Source: Geobacter metallireducens GS-15 (GTDB lineage Bacteria > Desulfobacterota > Desulfuromonadia > Geobacterales > Geobacteraceae). From it: a stretch of 32,000 bases of DNA. A program made the translations under genes and the position numbers. The notes below the pieces were generated by a model. That model was not told where the DNA came from and did no database searches. It saw nothing but the letters and a program-made list of their open reading frames with translations. The DNA is taken from positions 1,380,001 through 1,412,000 of the forward strand of contig NC_007517.1 in the NCBI RefSeq assembly GCF_000012925.1, given 5' to 3'. Shown here piece after piece: positions 8,520-18,084 of the stretch. The stretch's first letter is position 1. The number at the start of each line of letters is the position of its first letter.

Positions 8520-10093
8520 CCACACGGCAGTATCCCCATGGCGTCAAGGAGCGTTTCGAGCAGCTCGGTGACCGGTTTGGAGGTGTCGATCCTGATCGTG
8601 CCTGATTCGTCGTCGGCAGGGGCTTCGAACTCCTCTTTCTGTAAAAGGTAGATATCCCACCGGCCGTCCGAAGGTTCATCACACTGGTTTCTCCTGGCCT
8701 CCAGACGCTGCCTGACGGCTTCTTCCGGGCAGACGGCGTGGAGCAGATGGAAACGGGAACCGTGACGATCGGCCAGTTGACGAAAGAGGTCACGATCGGT
8801 TCTGCGGCGGAAGGTGGCGTCCACGATGATGCTGCGTCCCGCATTCAGGGCCGTCTCGGCCCGCTTGAAGAGCTCTCCGTAGGTGCGGGCGGTGACAGAC
8901 TCCGTGTAGATGCCTTCTCTGTAGCGGTCCCAATGGTGCTCTTCCGGTGCTGAACCTGTCAGCTCCTTTCTTACCACATCGGAACTGACTATTTCCAGCC
9001 CAAGGTCGAAGGCCAGTTCCCGCGCCGTGTAGCTCTTGCCGGTTCCCGTGAGGCCACAGGTCAGGATGAGCGACGGCGGGAAAGCCCGGCGGGCGATGTA
9101 GCCGCGTGCAAGACGGAAATAGCGCCGGGAGCGTTCCTTGGCTGCGGCCTTGTCCGCCGGCGGAATCTGCGGGTCGAGAAGCCGCATGCTCTCCACCTTT
9201 CCCCTGACGCAGGCCCGATAGACCTTGTAGAAATCGAGGACGTCGGTGACTCCGTCATCGCCGGTTGCCCGTATGTATTCATCCAGGAACGGCGAGCAGA
9301 GGTCAGATCTGCGGTTAACGTCGAAATCCATCAGGAGGAAGGCGATGTCGGCGGCCGTGTCGCTGTAGCGGAAACGGGTATTGAATTCGATGCAGTCAAA
9401 GATGCAGATACTGCCGTCGGAATCCAGGCAGATGTTTTCCAGGTGGATGTCGCCGTCGCAGTCCCGGATGAAGCCGCCGGCAACGCGTTGGGCGAAGATG
9501 ACGGCATTTTCTTTCATGAAGCGTTCGACCCATTCTTCGATGAAGCGAAGAGCCCGGCCGCTCAGGGTTTCTCCCGCAAACTGGCGGGTCTGACGGAAAT
9601 TTTCTTCCCAGTTGGCTCGAATGACGTCGGCTCCGCCGTAGCTGTCGATCTCCCTGCTCCGTCCGGCGCGGCGGTGAAATTCGCCGATTACCCGGGCAAT
9701 GGCTCGGATATCAGCCACGGAAACCTCACCCGCACTCAGCAGTCGGTCGAGCATCCGTTGCGCCGGGAGCCGCTTCATCTTGACCGCGTAATCGATGACC
9801 CGTCCATCGCCGGAAAATCCGGCCCCGCCAGGCGTTTCCCTCACTTCCTCCACGCCGAGGTAGATGTCAGGGCAGAGGCGTCGATTGAGGCGAACTTCTT
9901 CGTTGCAGTAAAAGCGGCGTCGATCTATGGTTGAAAAATTGAGGAAGCCGAAATCCACCGGCTTTTTGACCTTGTAGGCGAAGCGGTCAGTCAGAAAGAT
10001 GTAGGAGACATGGGTCTGGACGAGCTCCACGGAGTCCGTGTGTTCCGGGTAGGCTGAAGGCTTCAGGAGTGACCGTATGAATCGCTTTTCCAT
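8516..10093 (-). CDS. Fusion protein: aminoglycoside-phosphotransferase-like kinase domain + P-loop (AAA_33/gluconate-kinase-like) domain
   Basis: APH-type catalytic loop CDGDIHLENI and IFDCIEF. C-terminal Walker A GLTGTGKS. The ATG at 10093 (MEKRFIRSLL) is preferred because GGGGA lies 4 nt upstream of the ATG. The ORF track's GTG at 10126 is an alternative start. Confidence 0.8.
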   Translation of the reverse strand: MEKRFIRSLLKPSAYPEHTDSVELVQTHVSYIFLTDRFAYKVKKPVDFGFLNFSTIDRRRFYCNEEVRLNRRLCPDIYLGVEEVRETPGGAGFSGDGRVIDYAVKMKRLPAQRMLDRLLSAGEVSVADIRAIARVIGEFHRRAGRSREIDSYGGADVIRANWEENFRQTRQFAGETLSGRALRFIEEWVERFMKENAVIFAQRVAGGFIRDCDGDIHLENICLDSDGSICIFDCIEFNTRFRYSDTAADIAFLLMDFDVNRRSDLCSPFLDEYIRATGDDGVTDVLDFYKVYRACVRGKVESMRLLDPQIPPADKAAAKERSRRYFRLARGYIARRAFPPSLILTCGLTGTGKSYTARELAFDLGLEIVSSDVVRKELTGSAPEEHHWDRYREGIYTESVTARTYGELFKRAETALNAGRSIIVDATFRRRTDRDLFRQLADRHGSRFHLLHAVCPEEAVRQRLEARRNQCDEPSDGRWDIYLLQKEEFEAPADDESGTIRIDTSKPVTELLETLLDAMGILPCG

Positions 10094-10388
10094 GCCGTCC
10101 CCACAGGGCGGAAAGTTACCATACACAGTACCATAAACGCCGCTCCGCGCAAGGTTTGCGCTTCCTTATATTCATTTGACGGGTCAGGGTTATTGTGTTA
10201 GCTTTTTTGATGAGTTTTGGGACACACGTTCCACTGGAACGGCTTTTGTATTCCGACGGAATGCAAGTCTTCTCATCCCTGTCCATCCTGAACACTTATT
10301 TCACTTTACCATATTCGGAACAACGGAGTAGATGCGGGGCTTTCGGGCGTCTTTCCCGCTTCAGGCAGACGTAGGCACGGGTAACTGC

Positions 10389-12110
10389 ATGAAAAAACGT
10401 ATTGTCGTGGCATTATTCCTGGCTCTTTCCTTTCTTCCGGGATGCGCCACAAACGGCGCGGGAAAGCCTCTTCCTGCCAACGAGCATTCATTTCAGCCGA
10501 CCGTCAATATTGCCGGATCCAGGGCTCTCTACATTTATTCATTGTCGCGTCTCCGCGAGCTGGACGGGGATTTCGAGGGTGCGCTCACGCTCCTGAATGG
10601 TGCCATTGAGGCTGACCCCAACTCCGCGTTTCTTCATACGGCAGCCGCCGAGATCTATCTGAAATCGGGCAAACTCGACGATGCGCTCCGTGCATGTGAA
10701 AACGCCATCCGCGTCGATCCCGGGTTCCGTCCGGCACGGATCATTGCCGGGACCATCCTGGCAAACCTCAAGCGGGACAAGGAAGCTATTGTCCATCTCA
10801 GCAAGGCCATTGAGCTTGATCCGACCAAGGAGGATGCCTATCTCCACCTGGCCATCTCCTATGTCCGAACCTTCGATTACGAGCAGGCGGTTAACACCCT
10901 CAAGTCCCTGATCAAGATCAACCCCGAGTCATCGCTGGGCTACTATTACCTGGGCAAGACCTACGACCAGATGAAGCTCCAGAAGGAGGCTGCCAACTAT
11001 TACAAGAAGGCCATCGAGATCAAGCCCGATTTCGAGCAGGCCATAATCGACCTGGGGATTTCCCAGGAGGGGCTCGGCCTCTATGATGATGCCATCGCCA
11101 CCTACAAGCGGCTGCTTGAGACAAATCCGTTCAACATGAACGTGCTGCAGCACCTGGTGCAGCTTTACCTCCAGCAGCAGCGGCTGGAGGACGCGCTCCC
11201 ACTGCTCATCGTGATGAAGGATCGGGGTGTCGGCGGCCTGGAAACCCAGCGCAAGATCGGCCTCATCTATATGGAACTGGAGCGCTATGACGAGGCAATC
11301 GCCGAATTCGAGCAGATCCTTGCCCGGGAACCCAAGGCCCACCAGATTCGCTTCTACATTGCGAGCGCTTACGAGGAGAAAGAGGAGTTCGACAAGGCCA
11401 TAGAGGAATTCAGTAAGATTCCTCCGGGAACCGCCAATTACGTTGAGGCCTTGGGGCACATCGCTTTCATGTACCGGGATCAGGAAAAACCTGAGAAGGG
11501 AATCCAGATCCTGACGGATGCCATTACTGCCAATCCCGATAAATTGGACCTCTATCTCTATCTGGCCGGTCTGTACGAATCAATGGATAAGTTCTCAGAA
11601 GGACTTGCCGTTCTCAAGGGGGTTGAAGGGAAATTTGCCGAGGACCCGAGGCTCCACTTCCGGATGGGAACCATCCTCGACAAAATGGGGAACAAGGAGG
11701 AGTCCATCGCCCGGATGAAGCGGGTTATCGCCATTACGCCCGACGATGCCCAGGCCCTCAACTATCTGGGCTATACCTACGCCGAGATGGGCATCAAGCT
11801 GGATGAAGCCCTCCAGTACCTCAAGAAGGCCGTGGCGCTTCGTCCCAACGACGGTTTTATTCTCGACAGTCTCGGCTGGGTCTACTTCAAGATGAAGCGT
11901 TATGACGAGGCCGTGCCGCTCCTGGAGCGGTCGCTCAAGGTCGTGGAGGACGATCTGACGGTCATGGAGCACCTGGCCGACGCCTATGCAGCCAACCATG
12001 AATACCGCAATGCCTTGAAACTTTACAAAAAGATCCTCGACGCCGACCCGGGTCGCAAGGATATCGCCGAAAAGAAGAAAAAGGTCAGGGCGGAAAGTCT
12101 GGAAAAATGA
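10389..12110 (+). CDS. TPR-repeat lipoprotein
   Basis: From the ATG at 10389: lipoprotein signal MKKRIVVALFLALSFLPGC (lipobox LPGC). It is followed by more than 10 TPR-like 34-aa repeats (A..YL..G......A...Y.KAL..DP pattern). Its stop overlaps the next start (ATGA). Confidence 0.85.
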   Translation: MKKRIVVALFLALSFLPGCATNGAGKPLPANEHSFQPTVNIAGSRALYIYSLSRLRELDGDFEGALTLLNGAIEADPNSAFLHTAAAEIYLKSGKLDDALRACENAIRVDPGFRPARIIAGTILANLKRDKEAIVHLSKAIELDPTKEDAYLHLAISYVRTFDYEQAVNTLKSLIKINPESSLGYYYLGKTYDQMKLQKEAANYYKKAIEIKPDFEQAIIDLGISQEGLGLYDDAIATYKRLLETNPFNMNVLQHLVQLYLQQQRLEDALPLLIVMKDRGVGGLETQRKIGLIYMELERYDEAIAEFEQILAREPKAHQIRFYIASAYEEKEEFDKAIEEFSKIPPGTANYVEALGHIAFMYRDQEKPEKGIQILTDAITANPDKLDLYLYLAGLYESMDKFSEGLAVLKGVEGKFAEDPRLHFRMGTILDKMGNKEESIARMKRVIAITPDDAQALNYLGYTYAEMGIKLDEALQYLKKAVALRPNDGFILDSLGWVYFKMKRYDEAVPLLERSLKVVEDDLTVMEHLADAYAANHEYRNALKLYKKILDADPGRKDIAEKKKKVRAESLEK

Positions 12111-13723
12111 CGGCACGGCTGTTCTGCTGTCTTGCGGCACTGGTTACCCTTGTTTCGTGCAGCGGCGGTACGCCTCCTGCGGAACTGCCGCGGCGTGGAG
12201 CAGGGGCCCCTGCCTACGGCGATGCCCTGGTGGTTGGCACCATTGGCGAACCATCCAACCTGATCCCGCTGCTTGCCTCCGATTCCGCCTCCCACGATGT
12301 GGCGGGGAACGTCTTCAACGGCCTTGTGAAGTATGACAAGAATCTTGAGCTGGTGGGGGATCTGGCGGAGTCGTGGCAGGTATCCCCCGACGGCCTCACC
12401 ATCACCTTCAGATTGCGCAAAGGGGTGAAGTGGCACGACGGCACCGAGTTCACCTCCCGCGACGCCCTCTACACCTACCGCGTCACCATCGATCCCAAGA
12501 CCCCCACTGCCTATGCCGAGGACTTCAAGCAGGTGAAGAGCGCAGAAGCGCCGGACCGGTACACCTTCCGCGTGACTTACGGCAAGCCCTTTGCCCCGGC
12601 TCTGGCCTCCTGGGGGGCGGGAATCCTGCCGGCCCACCTCCTTGAGGGGAAGGACATCACGAAAAGCCCACTTTCCCGCCATCCCGTGGGGACCGGCCCC
12701 TACCGGTTCAAGGAGTGGATTGCGGGGCAGAAGGTCGTCCTTGAGGCATTTCCCGACTACTTCGAGGGGCGGCCCTACATTGACCGGTTCGTCTATCGGA
12801 TTATCCCCGATACTTCCACCATGTACCTGGAACTGAAGGCGGGCGGCCTCGACATGATGGGGCTTACGCCGGTCCAGTACGCCCGGCAGACCGATACCCC
12901 CGATTTCCTGGCCCGTTTCAATAAGTTCCGCTATCCGGCCTCTGCGTACACCTACCTGGGATACAATCTCCGCAACCCTCTTTTCGCCGACCGGCGGGTC
13001 CGACAGGCCATTGCCTGCGCCATCAACAAGGACGAGATAGTCCACGGGGTGCTTCTGGGGCTGGGGCAGGTGGCCCACGGGCCCTTCAAGCCGGGAACCT
13101 GGCCATACAACCCTTCCGTGAGGGACTTCGGCTACGACCCGGCCCGGGCAAAGGCGTTGCTGGCAGAGGCGGGGTGGCACGCGGTCGGGCCCGATGGTAT
13201 CCTTACGAAAGACGGCAAGCCCTTCAGTTTCACGATTTTTACCAACCAGGGAAACGACCAGCGGCTCAAGACCGCCCAGATCATCCAGCGTCGCCTCGCA
13301 AAGGTTGGGATCGAGGTGAAGATCCGGGTTCTGGAGTGGGCGTCGCTTCTCACCAACTTCATCGACAAGCGGAATTTCGACGCCCTCATCATGGGATGGA
13401 CCATTCCCCAGGATCCGGATATCTTTGATGTGTGGCATTCCAGCAAGACCGGCCCCAAGGAACTGAACTTCATCGGGTTCAAGAACGCCGAGGTGGACCG
13501 GCTCATCGAAGAGGGGCGCAGTACCTTCGATCAGGAAAAGCGCAGGCGCTGCTACTGGCGCATCCAGGAAATACTCGCCCAGGAGCAGCCCTACACGTTT
13601 CTCTTCGTCCCCGATGCCCTGCCGGTCGTGAATGCCCGCTTCCGGGGGATCGAGCCAGCGCCGGCCGGAATCATGCACAACATCATCCGGTGGTATGTGC
13701 CCAAGGAAGAGCAGGTGCATTAA
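12107..13723 (+). CDS. ABC transporter substrate-binding lipoprotein, family 5 (peptide/nickel, DppA/OppA-like)
   Basis: 538 aa. Lipoprotein signal ...LVTLVSCSG. Typical SBP_bac_5 blocks (LVKYD.N.ELVGDLAESW..S.DG.T.TF.LRKGVKWHDG, G.GPY.F.EW). Confidence 0.9.
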   Translation: MTARLFCCLAALVTLVSCSGGTPPAELPRRGAGAPAYGDALVVGTIGEPSNLIPLLASDSASHDVAGNVFNGLVKYDKNLELVGDLAESWQVSPDGLTITFRLRKGVKWHDGTEFTSRDALYTYRVTIDPKTPTAYAEDFKQVKSAEAPDRYTFRVTYGKPFAPALASWGAGILPAHLLEGKDITKSPLSRHPVGTGPYRFKEWIAGQKVVLEAFPDYFEGRPYIDRFVYRIIPDTSTMYLELKAGGLDMMGLTPVQYARQTDTPDFLARFNKFRYPASAYTYLGYNLRNPLFADRRVRQAIACAINKDEIVHGVLLGLGQVAHGPFKPGTWPYNPSVRDFGYDPARAKALLAEAGWHAVGPDGILTKDGKPFSFTIFTNQGNDQRLKTAQIIQRRLAKVGIEVKIRVLEWASLLTNFIDKRNFDALIMGWTIPQDPDIFDVWHSSKTGPKELNFIGFKNAEVDRLIEEGRSTFDQEKRRRCYWRIQEILAQEQPYTFLFVPDALPVVNARFRGIEPAPAGIMHNIIRWYVPKEEQVH

Positions 13724-13803
13724 CTGCCGGGACCAGGTGCCGGGGACCAGTAAAGGCTTAAATCTTTACCGGCCCACGGTTCATGGTCCCCGTTCTCCGA
13801 CTT

Positions 13804-14784
13804 ATGATCACTTATCTTGCAAAGCGACTAATAATGATGGTTCCGCTCCTCCTGGGGATTACCCTCATCTCCTTTGTGGTGATCCGCCTGGCCCCCGGCG
13901 AGCCGGTGGAGGCCATGACCGCCATGAGCCCCAAAATCACCGCCGAGACCCGCCAGCGGCTCCGGGAGTTCTATGGTCTCGACAAGCCGCTCCACGTCCA
14001 GTACGCCACCTGGCTCAAACAGGTGGCCACCCTCGATTTCGGCCGCTCTTTCGCCCCCGACAATCGGCCGGTGACCGACAAGATCAAGGAACGGATTCCG
14101 GTTACCATTTCCCTCAACGTCATCGCCCTGATCCTGGAGTTCGGCCTTGCCATACCCATCGGCATCTTTGCGGCCACCCACCGGGACACCCTCTACGACA
14201 AGGGGATCACCATCTTCGTCTTCCTGGGGTTCGCGGTGCCGACCTTCTGGCTGGCGCTGCTCCTCATGTACTTCTTCGGCGTTAAGTTGGGGTGGCTCCC
14301 CATCTCGGGGCTCCACTCTCTGGGGAGCGAGACACTTTCCCCTATGGCGTGGTTCGTGGATTTGGCGAAGCACCTGATCCTCCCGGTCTCCGTGGCCACC
14401 TTCGGGAGTCTGGCGGGGCTCTCCCGCTACATGCGCTCCACCATGCTGGAAGTGATCCGACAGGATTACATCACCACGGCCCGGGCCAAGGGTCTCACGG
14501 AGCGGGCGGTCATCTACCGGCACGCCCTGCGCAATGCGCTGCTGCCGGTCATCACGCTCCTCGGCTTCTCCCTTCCCGGCCTCATCGGGGGGAGCGTCAT
14601 TTTCGAGACCATCTTCGCCATCCCCGGCATGGGGCAGCTCTTCTACCAGGGGGTCATGGGGCGGGATTATCCCCTTGTCATGGGAATTCTGGTGATTGGC
14701 GCGTTCCTTACCCTTGTCGGCAATCTCCTGGCCGATCTCTGCTATGCCATGGCCGATCCGCGTATCAGGCACGGGAGGGGGTAG
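13804..14784 (+). CDS. ABC transporter permease (DppB/OppB-like)
   Basis: The start [24 protein letters not shown] is typical of DppB-type permeases. EAA-type loop [23 protein letters not shown]. Six predicted TM segments. Confidence 0.9.
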   Translation: MITYLAKRLIMMVPLLLGITLISFVVIRLAPGEPVEAMTAMSPKITAETRQRLREFYGLDKPLHVQYATWLKQVATLDFGRSFAPDNRPVTDKIKERIPVTISLNVIALILEFGLAIPIGIFAATHRDTLYDKGITIFVFLGFAVPTFWLALLLMYFFGVKLGWLPISGLHSLGSETLSPMAWFVDLAKHLILPVSVATFGSLAGLSRYMRSTMLEVIRQDYITTARAKGLTERAVIYRHALRNALLPVITLLGFSLPGLIGGSVIFETIFAIPGMGQLFYQGVMGRDYPLVMGILVIGAFLTLVGNLLADLCYAMADPRIRHGRG

Positions 14785-14787
14785 GAA

Positions 14788-15642
14788 ATGGCCTTTCGGG
14801 AAAGCTGGTTCCATACGGTTTTCTGGAAGCGGTTCCGGCACAACCGGTTTGCCATGGCCGGCGGGTGTGTCGTGCTCCTTCTCTTTGTGGTGTCGCTGCT
14901 GGCTCCGTATATCACCCCCTGGGACCCCCACGCCATCGACGCCTATCATGTGCTCCTTCCCCCTTCGGCGAACCACTGGTTCGGCACCGACGAGCTGGGG
15001 CGCGACGTCTTTACCCGGGTGGTCTACGGGGCGCGGATTTCCCTCAAGGTGGGGTTCGTCTCGGTGGGGATCGCCGTGGCCATCGGGGTGGTGCTGGGGC
15101 TTGTTTCCGGCTTCTACGGCGGCATCATCGATACCGTCATCATGCGGTTTGTGGATATCATGCTCTGTTTCCCCACCTTTTTCCTGATCCTGGCGGTGAT
15201 CGCTTTTCTGGAACCGTCCATCTGGTATATCATGGCGATTATCGGCCTCACGGGGTGGATGGGGGTGGCGCGGCTCGTGCGGGCCGAGGTGCTGTCGCTG
15301 CGGGAGCGGGACTTCATTCTGGCGGCCCGGGCGCTGGGGGCGTCCGATGCGCGGATCATCTTCCGTCACATCCTTCCCAACGCCCTGTCACCGGTGCTCG
15401 TCTCTGCTACCCTTGGCGTGGCAGGGGCCATCCTCACGGAGTCGGCCCTGTCGTTTCTCGGCATCGGCGTGCAACCCCCCACGCCCAGTTGGGGGAACAT
15501 CCTCACGTCGGGCAAGGATTACATCGAGTTCGGTTGGTGGCTCTCCCTGTTCCCCGGCCTGGCCATTCTGGTGACGGTCCTTGCCTACAACCTCCTGGGG
15601 GAGGGGATTCGCGACGCCCTCGACCCCCGGCTGAATCGCTGA
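14788..15642 (+). CDS. ABC transporter permease (DppC/OppC-like)
   Basis: 284 aa. HWFGTDELGRDVFTRVVYGARISL and FILAARALGASD.RIIFRHILPNA motifs. Lies 3 nt after the previous stop. Confidence 0.9.
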   Translation: MAFRESWFHTVFWKRFRHNRFAMAGGCVVLLLFVVSLLAPYITPWDPHAIDAYHVLLPPSANHWFGTDELGRDVFTRVVYGARISLKVGFVSVGIAVAIGVVLGLVSGFYGGIIDTVIMRFVDIMLCFPTFFLILAVIAFLEPSIWYIMAIIGLTGWMGVARLVRAEVLSLRERDFILAARALGASDARIIFRHILPNALSPVLVSATLGVAGAILTESALSFLGIGVQPPTPSWGNILTSGKDYIEFGWWLSLFPGLAILVTVLAYNLLGEGIRDALDPRLNR

Positions 15643-15668
15643 AATTTTTGATAAATCCGAGGAGTACC

Positions 15669-16193
15669 ATGTCAGACAACAACCAGTCCACGCGGCAGCA
15701 GATGACAGAGCCCGCCGTCAACAAGGACAAGTTCGCAATTGTTACCGTCGATGACGAGATCAGGGCTGACGGGCTCTGTCAGTCTCTGCTCAAGCGCTTC
15801 TATGATTCGCTCCTCGAGGGGGGGATGGATCCCCAGGAGGCAACTCTCGTGGCCAGCGGCGCCGATTACTACGTGCGCGATTTCATCGTTGGATACAAGC
15901 ACCGCAATCTCTTCGACGAGCGGCCGGGAATTGTCCGGCAGTTCGCCGGCAACTGGTACATCGTCAACACTATCGAACCTTCCATTGAGGAGCTTGCCGG
16001 ACATCTGCACGGGGTGCGCTCCTTTTACCGCTTCCTCCATGGCCAAGGGCTTGTCAGTGGGGATTTTCTCGCCGTCATGGAGCAGGAGTGCGGCGACGGG
16101 GCTTTTTATGAAGGACGCATCCGGAGCTTCTGGGAGATCGAGGGTGACGGGTATCTTGCATGGGAACGTGAATGTTCACTGAAACAGGACTGA
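15669..16193 (+). CDS. Hypothetical cytoplasmic protein (174 aa)
   Basis: ATG at 15669 with GAGGAG 5 nt before the ATG. This is the 3' part of the chimeric 14292..16193 ORF in the track. Its composition is coding-like, unlike the Arg/Pro/Gly-rich upstream part of that ORF. No recognisable family. Confidence 0.6.
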   Translation: MSDNNQSTRQQMTEPAVNKDKFAIVTVDDEIRADGLCQSLLKRFYDSLLEGGMDPQEATLVASGADYYVRDFIVGYKHRNLFDERPGIVRQFAGNWYIVNTIEPSIEELAGHLHGVRSFYRFLHGQGLVSGDFLAVMEQECGDGAFYEGRIRSFWEIEGDGYLAWERECSLKQD

Positions 16194-16210
16194 AATCAGG
16201 GAGGAGAACC

Positions 16211-17008
16211 ATGAGATTCGCACGACTGCTGTTGCTGCCCCTTATCGTCATCGGAACGTTGTCCGGCTGCGCCGTCAACATGGCGGACATCCACGGTTTC
16301 AACGTCATCTCCCTTGAACAGGAAAAGGAGCTCGGCACCAAGTTCGCGGCTGAGATCGAAAAGCAGTATCCGGTCTATAACGACCCAGAAGCCCAGAAGT
16401 ACGTTGATCGTCTCGGCCGCAGGCTCCTGACCGGAGCCCGGGAGGTGAGCTTCGACTACGTCTTCAAGGTGGTGAAGGATGACAGCGTCAACGCCTTTGC
16501 CATTCCCGGCGGCCGGCTCTATGTCCACACCGGGCTCCTCAAGGCGGCCCAGAGCGAGACGGAGGTGGCGGCGGTCATGGCCCACGAGATCAGCCATGCG
16601 GTGGCCCGGCACGGCACCCGCCAGATGACCCAGCAGTATGGCTATTCCCTGGTCCTCTCCCTGGTCCTGGGGCAGAACTCGAACATGCTGGCACAGATTG
16701 CCGGAGAGCTCTTCGGCAAGGCGGGGATGATGTCCTACAGCCGGGATTATGAGAACCAGGCCGACTTCCTCGGGGTGGAAACCATGTCCAAGGCGGGCTA
16801 CAACCCCCAGGGGATGGTTTCCTTCTTCCAGAAGCTTGATACCATGGGACAACAGAATCCGAGCGCCCTCACCAAGTTCTTCTCGTCGCATCCCCTTACG
16901 TCGGAACGGATCCAGCGGGTTCAGGCGGAGATAGCCCAGCTTCCTCCCCGCACCTATCCGCCTGTTGACAATACCGACTTGCAGAAGATCAGGGCGCGTA
17001 TCAAGTGA
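16211..17008 (+). CDS. M48-family zinc metalloprotease lipoprotein (LoiP/BepA-like, no TPR domain)
   Basis: ATG at 16211 after GGAGGAGAA. Lipoprotein signal MRFARLLLLPLIVIGTLSGC. Zinc motif HEISHAV. Downstream E...DF.G and SHPL...R motifs typical of M48. Confidence 0.9.
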   Translation: MRFARLLLLPLIVIGTLSGCAVNMADIHGFNVISLEQEKELGTKFAAEIEKQYPVYNDPEAQKYVDRLGRRLLTGAREVSFDYVFKVVKDDSVNAFAIPGGRLYVHTGLLKAAQSETEVAAVMAHEISHAVARHGTRQMTQQYGYSLVLSLVLGQNSNMLAQIAGELFGKAGMMSYSRDYENQADFLGVETMSKAGYNPQGMVSFFQKLDTMGQQNPSALTKFFSSHPLTSERIQRVQAEIAQLPPRTYPPVDNTDLQKIRARIK

Positions 17009-17898
17009 TGAACGATCGGGACGAACGCTGGGACCGCATTGCCGGCAAACTGGATACTCTCCTGGACCGGTTTGATCGGTTTCTGGACGGTCATATTCCA
17101 CCACCACCGCCCGACGGCCGGCTCTTCGAGCGCCACCTCGCCTTCCGCTGGCGGCGGACAGGGGAAGGGGGGGCATTTCTGCCGGTGGAGCATCCCCACC
17201 TCCCCGACTTGGACGATCTGATGGGGATCGACCTCGTCCGTGATGAGCTTGTTCGCAACACCGGGCAATTCGTGGTTGGCTATCCGGCCAACAACGTCCT
17301 CCTGTGGGGGGAGCGGGGGACCGGCAAATCCACCTGCGTGAAAGGGCTGCTCCGGCGCTTTTCCGAGGAGGGCCTCCGACTCGTGGAGGTGCTCCGGGAC
17401 GATCTTTGCACCTTGCCTGCCATCATCGCTCCTCTTAGGAAAATGCCGCAGCGCTTCATCCTCTTCTGCGATGATCTCTCTTTCGGCGAAGGGGAAGGGG
17501 GATACCGGGAGTTGAAGGTCCTCCTTGAGGGGGGGATCGAGGAGCGTCCTTCCAATATCCTCTTTTACGCCACCTCCAACCGGCGGCACCTCCTGCCGGA
17601 ACGGATGGAGGACAATCTGGGGGGAGAGATCCATCCCGAGGAGGCGGTGTCGGAGAAGCTCTCCCTGGCCGACCGCTTCGGCCTCAACCTGAGTTTTTAC
17701 TCCTTTGATCAGGACACCTACCTCGCCATCGTTGCACGGTACGCTGAGAAGTTTTCCTTGCCCATGGGCGGGGAGGCCCTCAGGAGAGAGGCTCTGCAAT
17801 GGGCCATCTTCAAGGGGAGCCGCTCCGGAAGGTCTGCGCGGCAGTTTGTCGACGATCTTGCAGGGCGGTTGCGGGTGGCATTGCCGGCGGAGAAGTAG
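17005..17898 (+). CDS. DUF815-type AAA ATPase
   Basis: 297 aa. Walker A GERGTGKST, Walker B ILFCDDLSF. The GTG/ATG start (17005/17008) overlaps the stop of the M48 gene. Confidence 0.8.
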   Translation: MMNDRDERWDRIAGKLDTLLDRFDRFLDGHIPPPPPDGRLFERHLAFRWRRTGEGGAFLPVEHPHLPDLDDLMGIDLVRDELVRNTGQFVVGYPANNVLLWGERGTGKSTCVKGLLRRFSEEGLRLVEVLRDDLCTLPAIIAPLRKMPQRFILFCDDLSFGEGEGGYRELKVLLEGGIEERPSNILFYATSNRRHLLPERMEDNLGGEIHPEEAVSEKLSLADRFGLNLSFYSFDQDTYLAIVARYAEKFSLPMGGEALRREALQWAIFKGSRSGRSARQFVDDLAGRLRVALPAEK

Positions 17899-17901
17899 AC
17901 A

Positions 17902-18000
17902 ATGGCTTACAGAGTACGCAAAGTTACGGTGATAAAGCAGGGGAGGGGCGGATTCCGTCCGGGACAGGCAGGAGCCGACTTGGCCAAGGAACCGTGCTGA
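17902..18000 (+). CDS. Candidate 32-codon ORF in the same frame as hgcA, ending ...TGC TGA; either an N-terminal (selenocysteine?) extension of HgcA or an upstream ORF
   Basis: The ATG at 17902 has GGAG 9 nt upstream. It encodes MAYRVRKVTVIKQGRGGFRPGQAGADLAKEPC followed by TGA. The next 84 nt in the same frame are open and run straight into the hgcA GTG at 18085. Confidence 0.3.
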   Translation: MAYRVRKVTVIKQGRGGFRPGQAGADLAKEPC

Positions 18001-18011
18001 GGCCCCAAGAC

Positions 18012-18028
18012 TCCCGCGGTCAGCGGGA
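18012..18028 (+). promoter_or_regulatory. SECIS-like hairpin downstream of the in-frame TGA
   Basis: U-CCCGC / GCGGG-A stem (6 bp) with loop GGUCA. The stem begins 11 nt after the TGA, so the loop GU falls at +22/+23 counted from the U of UGA. Confidence 0.25.
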
Positions 18029-18084
18029 CCATCAACGAAAATGTCCCTGGCTTTATCCGCTGGCATGAAACTCCTGCCGGCAGG

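Noticed and set aside
10234-10250. Sigma54-like element TGGAAC-N5-TTGT upstream of the TPR/ABC operon.
   Set aside because: It deviates from the consensus TGGCAC-N5-TTGC at the critical -12 GC (GT here) and at -24 (GGAA instead of GGCA). No enhancer-binding protein gene is nearby.
12023-15369. Very long antisense ORFs opposite the ABC transporter genes (12023..13720, 565 aa; 13828..15369, 513 aa).
   Set aside because: They fully overlap strongly supported genes on the other strand. Their translations are Arg/Pro/Gly/His-rich low-complexity strings with no motifs. This is the expected stop-codon-poor antisense frame of high-GC coding DNA.
14292-15668. The 5' 1.4 kb of the 633-aa plus-strand ORF 14292..16193.
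   Set aside because: This part is an alternative frame of the two permease genes (Gly/Arg/Pro/His-rich). Only the last 525 nt (15669..16193), which have their own SD and normal composition, are taken as a gene.
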